A stretch of DNA of 64,000 nt from an uncultured candidate division Zixibacteria bacterium (lineage in GTDB: Bacteria > Zixibacteria > MSB-5A5 > GN15 > FEB-12), in contig CAVTJJ010000004.1 in assembly GCA_963735035.1 (NCBI GenBank), forward strand, positions 608,001-672,000, written 5' to 3'. The notes beneath the pieces were generated by a model. It was not told the origin of the DNA. It did no database searches and worked only from the letters and a program-made list of their open reading frames with translations. Every line of letters begins with the position of its first letter. Within the stretch, counting starts at the first letter, position 1. Positions 41,252-51,123 of this stretch are shown here, in pieces. The translations under genes and the position numbers were made by a program.

Positions 41252-42888
41252 GATCAATCGTTGTCGGCATTATCGCATTCTTGTTGCTCGGCCACGGAGC
41301 CGGGGCGACAGTGGTAGTGAACGAAGTCATGTCTTACGCACCTAGTGTCGAGCCAACGCTGGAATGGATCGAGCTGTACAATCCGTCCAGTAGCCAGGCT
41401 AATCTTCTCTATTACCGGCTGGGAGTCTATTCTGAATTGAGCTCAGATTTCTTTTCCCTGACCGGCACTCTGGGTGCTGGGGAGTATCTTGTCCTATGCC
41501 GCAACAGTGTCCTGTTCGAACAGCACTGGGGCGACAACTCGGGTGTCTGGGGTGACGCCGCTGTTGAGAACTACACCCTTCTTGAAATACATTTCCAGTT
41601 GGCCAACAGCAGCGGTCACGTATCATTGATCGACCTGACCCCATTACAGCCGCAGGTTGTGTCGGATCTTGCCTGGACACAATCCGGCCTTGAAGGCTAC
41701 TCCTGGGAGAGGGTGTACTATTCGACCAACGAAGTCGGTCAGTCTATAGATCCGTCGGGTTCGACTCCCGGCCGGATAAACTCGCTTACACCTATGCAAA
41801 TCGACCTGGCGCTCGAAGGGGTCGAGATGATTCCGGAAAACGGGCTGACAACCATCGGGTTTCGAATCGTCAATCGCGGCCTGACCGACGTCCCCAACCC
41901 GATTCTGGAACTATACAAATTTGATCCCAACGGCCCTTACAATCAAGGTGTCCTCTTGGACTGGCAGTCGATCGGGCCGGTTGATTCCGGCCAGACCGTC
42001 ATATTGATAGCACAATATCAATTCGATTGCTATTACCAGAAGCTGGTTGGGAGCATTGTCTTGTTCACCGACCAGCGCCCGGACAACAATCGCCTGACCT
42101 TCACCGCCCCGGGAGAAGAATATCCTCCGGTCATACTTTCCGAGTTTCTTCCGGCGCAGGAACCGAGCACGGCGAGCGAGTGGGTAGAACTAAAGAATAT
42201 CAGCGATTCAGTCTTTGATCTGAACGGATGGCAATTGGGGGATTCGGTCGGGCTGGCCGAGATAGCGTCTTCAGAACTACTCATACGACCTCTGGAATAC
42301 CTGGTTCTGGCCGAAGACTCCACTGCGTTCAGGTTGACCTATCCTGATTTTGCCGGCGATCTATTTCAACCGCCAGCCTGGCGCTTCTTGAACAACGGCT
42401 CCGACAGTGTGCGCCTGTACGATGTTTTCAATATCGAGGCAGACAAGTTCTATTATGACCGAATCTTCGAAGGCAACCATACCTGGGCGAAGAGCGAAGC
42501 CCCCGGATACGAGGGTCAATGGGGCCGATCCGAGGATGTCGGCGGCACCCCGGGTGCGCCCAATCGGGTTCGCTTTACTCCTGAGGGCTCGCGAACGCTG
42601 AGAATTGACGTCACCCCACGCATTATTTCCCCGGACGGCGACGGGCGCGACGACTCGACCGTCATTCGTATTCAGGCCTCCGAGGCGAAGTCGTATACGC
42701 TCCGCCTATACGATAGCCAGGGACGTCTGGTGCGGACGCTTGAAGAAGATGTCCCGGACCTCAAAGAATATTATGTCTGGCGCGGTGAGAGTGACAGCGG
42801 TGAACATCTCCCGATAGGTATTTACATTCTGTACGTCGAGACCGTCGGCGTGGAATCGGCCAAGACGACAATAGTGGTGGCGCGATAG
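41248..42888 (+). CDS. Secreted protein with two lamin-tail domains and FlgD/type-B-CTD-like tail
   Basis: VNEVM..EWIELYN and LSEF..EWVELKN, GSTPG/GGTPG, ISPDGDGRDD. Confidence 0.8.
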   Translation: MRSIVVGIIAFLLLGHGAGATVVVNEVMSYAPSVEPTLEWIELYNPSSSQANLLYYRLGVYSELSSDFFSLTGTLGAGEYLVLCRNSVLFEQHWGDNSGVWGDAAVENYTLLEIHFQLANSSGHVSLIDLTPLQPQVVSDLAWTQSGLEGYSWERVYYSTNEVGQSIDPSGSTPGRINSLTPMQIDLALEGVEMIPENGLTTIGFRIVNRGLTDVPNPILELYKFDPNGPYNQGVLLDWQSIGPVDSGQTVILIAQYQFDCYYQKLVGSIVLFTDQRPDNNRLTFTAPGEEYPPVILSEFLPAQEPSTASEWVELKNISDSVFDLNGWQLGDSVGLAEIASSELLIRPLEYLVLAEDSTAFRLTYPDFAGDLFQPPAWRFLNNGSDSVRLYDVFNIEADKFYYDRIFEGNHTWAKSEAPGYEGQWGRSEDVGGTPGAPNRVRFTPEGSRTLRIDVTPRIISPDGDGRDDSTVIRIQASEAKSYTLRLYDSQGRLVRTLEEDVPDLKEYYVWRGESDSGEHLPIGIYILYVETVGVESAKTTIVVAR

Positions 42889-43727
42889 ATGATCCATCGA
42901 AGCATATACATTGTCTGCGTACTTGCACTCGCGACCGCCGCACATGCTTTCGATATGCGTGACGCACGTTATGGCGGCCTGGGGCGGAGTTCGCTGCTCT
43001 CGCGACCAAACGCAGTCAATCTCGTTAATCTCGCCGGTGACGGTCTTGTCTCAGGGGCATACCAGATCGATATGGGCTACAATCGCAGGTTCGAATTGGC
43101 CGACCTCGATTATATGTTTGTCGCCGGCGCGTGGAAGTATCGGCAGATGACTGTGGCGTTGGGCGCGTCACAATTCGGGAAGAGCGAACTCTATGCCGAG
43201 CAACTTCTCAAGGGCTCGATTGCCGTTCGGTATCACGCTTTCACTTTTGGAGTTGCCCCATCGGCTATGCAAGTACAGATCGGCAACGGCTACGGAACGC
43301 TTCGGGCGGCTACGCTGGGGGCAGGAGTAACCTTCTCGGTACGATCTTTCAAGGTCAATCTTGTGGCAGACAACCTAACCAGTCCAAAACTATTTGACCA
43401 CAGTGCCGCTACCAAACCGACATACACATTGGTGTCAGAGTATTTCGGACACCGAGCCTTTTCTGTCACGGGACAGGTCCGCGCCGAGGACGGGCAGCCC
43501 CCCAGTTCGGTCTGGGGCAATGGATCTGGCTGTCTGATCGCAGTGCATTCTTCTGGGGCGTGGCTGGTGAACCCACCGAGTATGGCGGTGGATTGGAAAT
43601 AGCTCTGCCGTTTGGCGCCGCCACGTACACCGTCTCTGTCCATCCGGTGCTCGGGATGACCCACACCGTCACACTATCATATCAGTCGAAACAAGGCCGT
43701 CCGACCCGTAGAGGTGAGTTTGATTAG
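42889..43727 (+). CDS. Outer-membrane beta-barrel, PorV/PorP-like (indel in C-run near 43500)
   Basis: Signal peptide, ARYGGLG, NLTSP; shifted frame ends ...HPVLGMTHTVTLSY...GEFD*. Confidence 0.6.
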
Positions 43728-44856
43728 GCGTGACGATATAGAGCGGCGGGAACGGGAAACGCTTGCGGCGTATGCAGCCCTGTCGGCTGAGTCGCGTGGT
43801 CGTGTTCACCCACAGCCGGAACATGATCTTCGTACCGCCTACCAGCGCGATCGCGACCGGATTGTTCATTCGGCGGCGTTTCGACGCATGGAATACAAGA
43901 CCCAGGTCTTTATCCCGCATCTGGCCGATCACTATCGGACTAGATTGACGCATACGATCGAGGTCGCCCAGATCAGTCGCACACTCGCCCGTAATCTGCG
44001 GCTCAATGAAGACCTCACTGAAGCGATTGCTCTGGTGCACGATCTCGGCCATACTCCTTTTGGACATTCCGGCGAAGATGTGCTCGACGAGTTACTTCGC
44101 GATTTCGGCGGCTTCAATCACAATCGCCAGTCGTTGCGAGTGGTTGACCTGCTCGAAGAACGATACGCCGGACATCCGGGGTTGAATCTGACCTACGAAG
44201 TTCGTGAAGGTATCGTCAAACATGAGACTAAAGGTGGTCGGGTGGGCGAGGAATTTCATCCGGAGGAGCGTCCCACTCTGGAAGCATCGCTGGTTGACAA
44301 GGCCGACGAGCTCGCGTATTCGGCGCACGATGTTGATGATGGCCTTAGTTCCGGATTGATCACGCTCAACGATGTCCGGCCGCTGGCCATCTGGGACGAT
44401 CCCGCGAGTCCGTTCAAGACTCACGGAAATGACCGTACCGAATCGGCCGACGACCGCCTTCGCTATGAGCTGGTTCGCTATTTGATAAATCGTCTGGCCG
44501 TGGATCTGTTAGAAGCTACCAGCCAACGGTTGGAGCAGACCGGGATTACCGACCTGGCGTCGCTTCGCCACTCATCTCAACCGATTTGCGGTTATTCGGA
44601 GAGTACACGACTGCTTGTTGATGAATTGAAGCAAATGCTTCGTAGTCGGCTGTACCGCCATCCCCGCTTGGAAACGATTACGACCGAAGCACAGGCGACC
44701 GTGCGCAAACTATTCAAAGTTCTGGTCAACAACCCGCAACTGATGCCGCCCCGGTTTCGTGCCATGTTGAAAGATCACCCCGCCGAAATTGTGGCCGCCG
44801 ACTATCTGGCTGGCATGACCGACAGGTTTGCCGGAAGACTGGCCCAGCAGCATTGA
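43714..44856 (+). CDS. dgt: dGTP triphosphohydrolase
   Basis: RDRDRIVHSAAFRR..KTQVF, RTRLTH, HDLGHTPFGH, DYLAGMTD. Confidence 0.94.
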   Translation: MSLIRRDDIERRERETLAAYAALSAESRGRVHPQPEHDLRTAYQRDRDRIVHSAAFRRMEYKTQVFIPHLADHYRTRLTHTIEVAQISRTLARNLRLNEDLTEAIALVHDLGHTPFGHSGEDVLDELLRDFGGFNHNRQSLRVVDLLEERYAGHPGLNLTYEVREGIVKHETKGGRVGEEFHPEERPTLEASLVDKADELAYSAHDVDDGLSSGLITLNDVRPLAIWDDPASPFKTHGNDRTESADDRLRYELVRYLINRLAVDLLEATSQRLEQTGITDLASLRHSSQPICGYSESTRLLVDELKQMLRSRLYRHPRLETITTEAQATVRKLFKVLVNNPQLMPPRFRAMLKDHPAEIVAADYLAGMTDRFAGRLAQQH

Positions 44857-44890
44857 CAGCCCAGACCCTTCACTTAGATCAGGAGACGTA

Positions 44891-45808
44891 ATGGACCAGG
44901 AATTGCACCAACCCGAGCAGAATGTCACCCCGCCTCCGACCGATTCGGGACCCGCTATTCCGTGGGGGTGGGTACGAGCGCTCATATCGCTGCCCCTATG
45001 GGTTCTACTACAGGCTATCATCATGATTCCTCTTACGGCGCTTCTGGGAGGTAGTATGATCACCAAGCCTGACTTACCGGTCGATAGTCTGAACATTATC
45101 ATAGAGCAACTGGGGATGTTGCTATCGACGGTGTTGACTGTTTGGGTGCTTCGCCGATGGATCGATCGTGGTACGTTTGTTTCGCTCGGATTCGCGTTCA
45201 ATCGGGAATATGCCCGCGATTTGGTCGCGGGCTGCCTCTGCGGTATCGCACTCATCTCGGCTATCTTTCTGACCGTCCTCACGCTCGGAGGGCTGAGTGT
45301 TGTTGCTTTCCACCCGCCTGAACCTTCTCTACTGATTCTTACCGTGGCCATGATTCTGGTGGCACTGAGCGAAGAGCTGTACGTGCGCGGTTACCTGCTC
45401 GGCAACCTTATGGCATCGGCCAACAAGTATCTGGTCCTGCTTATCAGCAGTCTTGTCTTTTCGCTCTTTCATTTCTTCAACCCGAACAGCTCTGCAATTG
45501 GACTGGCCAACATCATTCTGGCCGGCCTTCTGCTGGGCATCTACTATGTTCACAAGAAAAACCTCTGGTTTCCGATCGGTTTGCACTTCACCTGGAACCT
45601 GTTTCAGGGGGGTGTCTATGGCTCGCCGATAAGTGGTTTGAAAGTCACCAGCCTGATTCAAGCCGACTTCACTGGCAGCAGTCTTCTGACGGGCGGGGAG
45701 TTTGGCTTCGAGGCTTCGCTGGTGACAACTGTCCTGCTGGCGGTCGCGACAGTGGTGGTTCATCTCATCTATCGGCCGCGAACCTCACCGACAGGCATTA
45801 CCCTCTGA
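44891..45808 (+). CDS. CPBP (Abi/CAAX) family intramembrane metalloprotease
   Basis: EELYVRG, FSLFH, HFTWN, GEFGFEAS; RBS aggag. Confidence 0.92.
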   Translation: MDQELHQPEQNVTPPPTDSGPAIPWGWVRALISLPLWVLLQAIIMIPLTALLGGSMITKPDLPVDSLNIIIEQLGMLLSTVLTVWVLRRWIDRGTFVSLGFAFNREYARDLVAGCLCGIALISAIFLTVLTLGGLSVVAFHPPEPSLLILTVAMILVALSEELYVRGYLLGNLMASANKYLVLLISSLVFSLFHFFNPNSSAIGLANIILAGLLLGIYYVHKKNLWFPIGLHFTWNLFQGGVYGSPISGLKVTSLIQADFTGSSLLTGGEFGFEASLVTTVLLAVATVVVHLIYRPRTSPTGITL

Positions 45809-45955
45809 TTCCTGTCCGGCGCACTATCATTCTGCCGACCGCAGTCATTTTCACTGACAGGATCTGTCAGTCAGCCCCCTGATCTTTGTCTCCAGGCAAG
45901 GTGGGAGCGGGCAGGCTGACCGATTGAGGGACCGGCAAACCTGTCTCGGCCGACA

Positions 45956-46062
45956 AGTGGTTCGCCGGGGCACGGAACGGCGAACCACTCTATTTGCTCC
46001 TTGAAGCAACAAAGTGACTGATTTCAGGTGCCTGGCAGATGCCCACATCTGCCAGCTCGTAT
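45956..46062. repeat. Two REP-like palindromes
   Basis: agtggttcgccg..cggcgaaccact; ctggcagatgcccacatctgccag (as at 11992). Confidence 0.65.
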
Positions 46063-46276
46063 TGATCATTCCAAACTGAGTTGCCGAGAACTTGAATGTT
46101 TCTGAGAGGCTATCAGAATATATAACTGAAATCAATTCGTCCAAATCTGTGAATCCGCTTGCACAGAGGAAGGCCATATATCTCCGAACGCCACTATAAT
46201 GTATTGTGGTACAGAGGGTTGTTATTATTGCCCGGAGACTGGCTGCCGAGGCACGACACTTGCCCTGACTTGCGGC

Positions 46277-46657
46277 ATGGAATGTTATTTTGCTGCCCGA
46301 AGTCTGCCCAATCCCACGGTCGACGGTAAATCGGCTGTCGTTATGTTTTCCATCCCCGAGGTCGGTATCCGTTTCAAGGCCCCGTTCGCCGGAGTCGACC
46401 AGGACCACTGTGACCTGGCATCAATGCTCGCCCTCCTGGAATTCATAGACACGAATCAGAAATATCTCTCGAAACAGACCTACCAGCTCTACGGCGACAA
46501 CCTGGACATCATCCAGCAGGTGAACGGGCGCCGGGAGCTGCGCGAGGAGTTTGGCCCTCTTCTCAACAAAGCGGCCGAGTACCGCAACAAATATAGATTC
46601 TCGCTGGAATGGGTACCGTCGACCGAGAATGCCGCGGTGGACGACCTTTTAGATTGA
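46277..46657 (+). CDS. RNase H-fold protein, likely inactive
   Basis: LYGDN..IIQQVNG and LEWVPSTENAAVD motifs of RNase HI/RVT_3-like proteins. Confidence 0.6.
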   Translation: MECYFAARSLPNPTVDGKSAVVMFSIPEVGIRFKAPFAGVDQDHCDLASMLALLEFIDTNQKYLSKQTYQLYGDNLDIIQQVNGRRELREEFGPLLNKAAEYRNKYRFSLEWVPSTENAAVDDLLD

Positions 46658-46688
46658 CCAAGATGTCGAAGTCGGCTTCCTTGCGGTC

Positions 46689-47663
46689 ATGGGCCTGTCA
46701 TCCCCCCCGAAGCTGAGCGCCGATATTGCCAAAGGGGAATTCAAGGGACTTTACTACTTCTTTGGCACCGAGGATTACCGCATATCCGAAGCGGCCAAGT
46801 ACGTGGCGCAGCAGTTTCTTCCCGGTAAACAGATAGCTACCAATTTCCGGCGCTTGGACGGCCGTAAGACCAAGTGCGCCGACCTCATAGCTGAATTGTC
46901 AGTATTCCCGATGCTCGGTGAGCGGCAGGTATTCGCCGTGACCGATTTCCAAAGTTACAAACCCACCGAACATGAACGCGTCCTGAAGCTTCTCGTACCG
47001 CCGGATCCGAATCGACTGGTAGTTCTAACTACCCCCGCCGCCCGGATGCCCAAGAAGAACTCGGCTTTCTTCAAGCGGGTAAGCTCGGTCGCTGAAACCA
47101 TCGAGTTCAAAAAGCTCGAGCCGGCTCAGGCTGCTCCCCAATTAACGCGTGAGCTTGCCAAAGGCGGACTCACGATCACGCCCGCTGCGCTCACTATGCT
47201 CGTAGAATTACTGGCGGGTAATCGAGGAGCGCTCTCTACCGAGGCCGCCAAGCTGATCGAGTACAAAGCGACCGGGGAGACTGTCACCGAGGACGATGTT
47301 CGCGCAGTTGCGGGCGGCCACGAGGTATTCGAAATTTTCCAAATGGCCGATGAGGTCCTGTCGGGTGACAGGGTGCGGGCTCTTCGCATGATCAAGCGGT
47401 TTCTGATTGAAGGTTCTACGCCCACCGGCATCCTCTTCTTTCTCGGTAGTCACTTTGTGACTCTATATTTGGTCAAAGGGGGCAAGGCTCCTGAACGGCC
47501 CTGGCTGTTGCAGAAATACCGCTCCCAGGCGGCCCGTTTCAGTCTTGAGCAGTTGGAACAGGCGATCCTGCTTATCGCGCAAACCGACGCCAACCTGCGA
47601 CGGCGCAAAAGCCATCCGGAGTTGGAACTCGATCAACTGGTGCTTCAGTTGATGGCATCCTGA
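46689..47663 (+). CDS. holA: DNA polymerase III delta subunit
   Basis: YYFFGTEDY, PMLGER, EAAKL..Y, IFQMAD, D..L tail. Confidence 0.88.
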   Translation: MGLSSPPKLSADIAKGEFKGLYYFFGTEDYRISEAAKYVAQQFLPGKQIATNFRRLDGRKTKCADLIAELSVFPMLGERQVFAVTDFQSYKPTEHERVLKLLVPPDPNRLVVLTTPAARMPKKNSAFFKRVSSVAETIEFKKLEPAQAAPQLTRELAKGGLTITPAALTMLVELLAGNRGALSTEAAKLIEYKATGETVTEDDVRAVAGGHEVFEIFQMADEVLSGDRVRALRMIKRFLIEGSTPTGILFFLGSHFVTLYLVKGGKAPERPWLLQKYRSQAARFSLEQLEQAILLIAQTDANLRRRKSHPELELDQLVLQLMAS

Positions 47664-47672
47664 GAGGCCCAG

Positions 47673-48272
47673 GTGGAGAAGAGTCGGGAAGAAAACACCG
47701 GGTTGGAGGTAGCTGGGGGAGAAGTCCGGGCGGCCGAACAGGCGTTGATCGCGGCAGCCCGCAATGGTGACAAACGAGCGTTCGGGCAACTAATTCGACT
47801 TCACCAGAAGCGGTTGTTTCGCTTCGTATTGGGTCTGGTAGGTTCGTTCGATCAGGCTGAAGATATAGTACAGGAAGCCTTTGTGAAGGCTTATGAGGCG
47901 CTGGGCACTTTCGAAATGGGGAGAGACTTCTATCCCTGGCTATCGACCATCGCCCGCAACCGGGCTCTGAATCTTATCGCCCGCGAAGAACGCAAGGAAT
48001 CACTCGACAAGATTCAGGAACAGGGTTTCGATACTCCGTCGGGCGATCCCAGCCCACTGGCGCAGGTGATCGGCTCCGAAAACCAGCAACGCTTCTACGC
48101 CGCCCTGAAAGCTCTGCCGGAGCAATATCGGACGGTATTTGTGTTGAGGCATTTTGAAGAGTTGAGCTATGAAGAGATCGCCCGGCAATTGAAGATCGCC
48201 AGAGGGACGGTTGATTCGCGTCTCTACCGCGCTCGTCAATTGCTTGTGGACGCACTCAAGGATTTATTGTGA
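47673..48272 (+). CDS. ECF sigma factor (SigW/RpoE-like)
   Basis: AEDIVQEAFVKAY, F.PWL..IARN, SYEEIA..L....GTV.SRL.RAR. Confidence 0.93.
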   Translation: MEKSREENTGLEVAGGEVRAAEQALIAAARNGDKRAFGQLIRLHQKRLFRFVLGLVGSFDQAEDIVQEAFVKAYEALGTFEMGRDFYPWLSTIARNRALNLIAREERKESLDKIQEQGFDTPSGDPSPLAQVIGSENQQRFYAALKALPEQYRTVFVLRHFEELSYEEIARQLKIARGTVDSRLYRARQLLVDALKDLL

Positions 48273-48276
48273 AAGT

Positions 48277-49527
48277 ATGAACCAGGTGGACCACCAATAC
48301 TTCCAGGAACGACTCTCGGCGTTTGTCGATAACGAACTGCCGCAGTCGGAGCGCACGCTCGTGGAGTCACACCTGCAAGGCTGTTCGGAATGCCGAAGGC
48401 GAGTGGATGATCTCAGGAAGCTCGACGATCTGGTAGCCGCCGGCAGCGCTCTGAACGATTCAGCTTACTGGGAGAAGGCGGCTCAGCGGATCGAAGCGGC
48501 CCTGCCAGAAACCGGAGAAGTGGTTGATCTGAGCCATGAGAGGAAACGGCGTTCGGCGATCTGGTGGCGACTGCCGGCGATTGCGGCCTCGGTGCTCATA
48601 CTGGGCTACATCGGACTTCACGAAAGCGATATCCTGAAGAAAGATATTCTGCAGTCCCCCCAGCCGACTCTGCCCGCTGCAGAACCACCGTCTCAGAAAT
48701 CGGTCGAGCCGCAAGCTGATTCTTCGATTCGCACAGATAAGCTCGAGACCAAAGTAGCCACTGACCGGACGGCAAAGACTGAATCAGTACCCAGAAAGAT
48801 TGCTCCCGCTACCCGGGACACGGCACCCACTTCAACTCCTGAGATCAAAGAGAAGCTTGATTCAGTCATAGCTGATTCGTATAAGCCCGCGCTGTCTCCG
48901 TCGCCCGCCGTTGCTCCCCCCGCGACTGATCAAATGCCGTCGGCGCTAGTTGCTCCCGCACCTGCAAAGAAACCTACGCCTGATGTCATAGTCCCGGCCG
49001 AGACTCCTGAGTCCGAGGTGGTGCAGGACATGAATAAGACGATTTCAGTCGTGCCCGAAACTGTGAGAAGTGCCGCCCCAGCCGCCGCGGCGCAGGGACA
49101 GCCAGTTGATTCGGCGCTAGATGGCAGGCTGCAACAGGCGTCCTCAGAGGCAGCTTCTGAGACGGCTGAGCTAGCCAATCTCAGAGTCCGGCGGGATTCG
49201 CTGGAACTGGCGCTTCCTAGATTGAGAGAAGCCGCCGAATCTGTCGCCAAATCCAAAGGGGGCGGGGTTATGTCGTTCGATGGCGGGAAAGGTGGGGATG
49301 AGAATCTTGGCTCTCTTCTTAACCAGTGGACCAAAGAAGAAAAAAAGGCCGGCGTCAAACAGGCCGAGACCGCTTTGGTAGAGACCTGGTTCCAGATTTG
49401 TCGGCAGTCACCCGACCCGTATGAAATCAAGCAGGGAGTGGCTTATTTGAGAGGCGTGGCAGACAAGGGGAAGGGCGACAACCGCGAACTCGCCAAGCAA
49501 TATTTGAAACAGCTTGACAGACAATAG
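48277..49527 (+). CDS. zf-HC2 anti-sigma factor with long Pro/Ala-rich periplasmic part
   Basis: LSAFVDNEL..HLQGCSEC, one TM. Confidence 0.85.
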   Translation: MNQVDHQYFQERLSAFVDNELPQSERTLVESHLQGCSECRRRVDDLRKLDDLVAAGSALNDSAYWEKAAQRIEAALPETGEVVDLSHERKRRSAIWWRLPAIAASVLILGYIGLHESDILKKDILQSPQPTLPAAEPPSQKSVEPQADSSIRTDKLETKVATDRTAKTESVPRKIAPATRDTAPTSTPEIKEKLDSVIADSYKPALSPSPAVAPPATDQMPSALVAPAPAKKPTPDVIVPAETPESEVVQDMNKTISVVPETVRSAAPAAAAQGQPVDSALDGRLQQASSEAASETAELANLRVRRDSLELALPRLREAAESVAKSKGGGVMSFDGGKGGDENLGSLLNQWTKEEKKAGVKQAETALVETWFQICRQSPDPYEIKQGVAYLRGVADKGKGDNRELAKQYLKQLDRQ

Positions 49528-49545
49528 CTTACACGTAGGCGCTAC

Positions 49546-49572
49546 TGCAACATTGGAGTCGACCGGTCTGTC
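49546..49572 (+). promoter_or_regulatory. Candidate ECF promoter for the pspC operon
   Basis: TGCAAC-17-TGTC upstream of the PspC gene, directly after the ECF/anti-sigma pair. Confidence 0.3.
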
Positions 49573-49616
49573 ACATTCAATAGACAAAGGTAATAGCTGA
49601 AGGCAACGGTAAGACT

Positions 49617-50090
49617 ATGTCGAGAAAACTCTACAGATCCAGTTCCAACAAAGTGATCGCCGGAATATGTGGAGGTCTGGGAGAGCATCTGGATATTGAT
49701 CCGACCCTGGTGCGCCTGATAACCGTGGTCGCCGCTCTGGCCAGTTTTGGTGCGGTTGCCTTATTTTACCTGCTTGCCTGGATACTTATTCCACAGCCGC
49801 TACCGGGCGAGACAATTATCGAGCAGGCGACGCCGTCGGAATTGTCCATGCCCAAAACTCATTCCGGCTGGCGCATCTATTTGCCAGGCATAATTCTGAT
49901 AGGCCTTGGAGTAATGCTGCTATTGCCCGAATACCTCCCCGGATTCCACTGGCATGATATCTGGCCGCTGATTCTGGTGCTGCTCGGGCTGGTACTTATA
50001 TTGCGCAACGGTCACCATTCGCAGTCGTCGACGACGACGTCGTCCGATGGCCCGGGAATGCACGGAAGAGATGGAGGTATCCGCCCATGA
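49617..50090 (+). CDS. PspC domain membrane protein
   Basis: KLYRS..NKVIAGICGGLGEHLDIDPTLVR; C-terminal WPLILV helices. Confidence 0.9.
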   Translation: MSRKLYRSSSNKVIAGICGGLGEHLDIDPTLVRLITVVAALASFGAVALFYLLAWILIPQPLPGETIIEQATPSELSMPKTHSGWRIYLPGIILIGLGVMLLLPEYLPGFHWHDIWPLILVLLGLVLILRNGHHSQSSTTTSSDGPGMHGRDGGIRP

Positions 50091-50992
50091 CGCCGGCACG
50101 CTTTAGATGGGGCATGTTGTTCGTGCTTGTTGGTACGTTGCTGCTTCTGGTGAACGCCGACGTACTGAACTACAATTTCTGGGTGGACTTCGTTTACCTA
50201 ATCCCGTTTCTCCTTATTGCGATTGGGATCGAGAAGATATTCTCCCAAACCCGGTTTAAGTTCATTTCGTATCTCACTACGGTCGCCCTGGTAGGCGGGG
50301 CGATCTATGTGGCTTTCGCGGGAAGCTCCATTACCGAGAGCGGCAACTTCTTCAAGTCCAGCAACCTGGTATACAATGAAGATCAGGACAAAGTTGACCT
50401 GATTGAGGCCGATCTCACGCTGGGAGAGTCGTCGCTGACGATTCGCGACGCCGGCGACGAGTTGATGAACGCCCGATTCGGCGAATTGAGCCGCAAGCCC
50501 CAGTCGTCGCTCAATATTGAAGGCCGCACGGCCAGGATTCTGCTGGATAATCAAAGCAGCCCGCGTTTCTGGAGAGGCTCCATAAAGATCGACTCCGACG
50601 AACCGCAGGACTGGAGGCTGTCGTTCTCGCGCCAGGTTCCACTCAATCTGACGCTGAACAGCGACAACAATGAACTTCATCTTAACCTGGCAACGACACC
50701 GCTGAAGTCGCTGAATGTCAAGGCGGACGACGCTGATATCTACATCAAGGTTGGCGATCTCGAATCGATCGTGAATTTGAATATAAGCGGCAAGGATTCT
50801 CAGCTTCGCCTTCGGGTGCCCCAGGATGCCGGACTGGCCGTGACCGGGGTGAACGATCAGGCATATCTTGAGCAGATCGGCCTGGTGGCCCGAGGAAACG
50901 AATTCGTGTCGCCGACGTTCGATACGACCCAGGTCCGCATCAAAGTCGAACTCGATGAGCAGTTTCGCTCGCTGTCCATAGACTACTACTAG
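50087..50992 (+). CDS. LiaF/DUF5668-like membrane protein with toast-rack-like beta domain
   Basis: WG..VL.G.LLL..N, IAIGIEKIF, beta-solenoid-like C-terminus. Confidence 0.65.
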   Translation: MTPARFRWGMLFVLVGTLLLLVNADVLNYNFWVDFVYLIPFLLIAIGIEKIFSQTRFKFISYLTTVALVGGAIYVAFAGSSITESGNFFKSSNLVYNEDQDKVDLIEADLTLGESSLTIRDAGDELMNARFGELSRKPQSSLNIEGRTARILLDNQSSPRFWRGSIKIDSDEPQDWRLSFSRQVPLNLTLNSDNNELHLNLATTPLKSLNVKADDADIYIKVGDLESIVNLNISGKDSQLRLRVPQDAGLAVTGVNDQAYLEQIGLVARGNEFVSPTFDTTQVRIKVELDEQFRSLSIDYY

Positions 50993-51023
50993 TTGACTTG
51001 ATCTCTTCCTCCTCGCATTGGAA

Positions 51024-51057
51024 CGGCTCACGGGTCAAACCGGGAGCCGCTTCTTTT
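51024..51057 (+). terminator. Intrinsic terminator
   Basis: cggctc..gagccg stem followed by cttctttt. Confidence 0.5.
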
Positions 51058-51123
51058 GGTATCAGATACTGGTTGATTCTGAAAGACAGTTACTTCAATT
51101 TCGGAAGGTCGATTTGGAGTTGT

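Noticed and set aside
45850..46000. Riboswitch or ncRNA (ggcaaacc resembles c-di-GMP-I)
   Set aside because: The remaining consensus elements are not found and the hairpins are explained by REP-like repeats or terminators; an Rfam scan would be decisive
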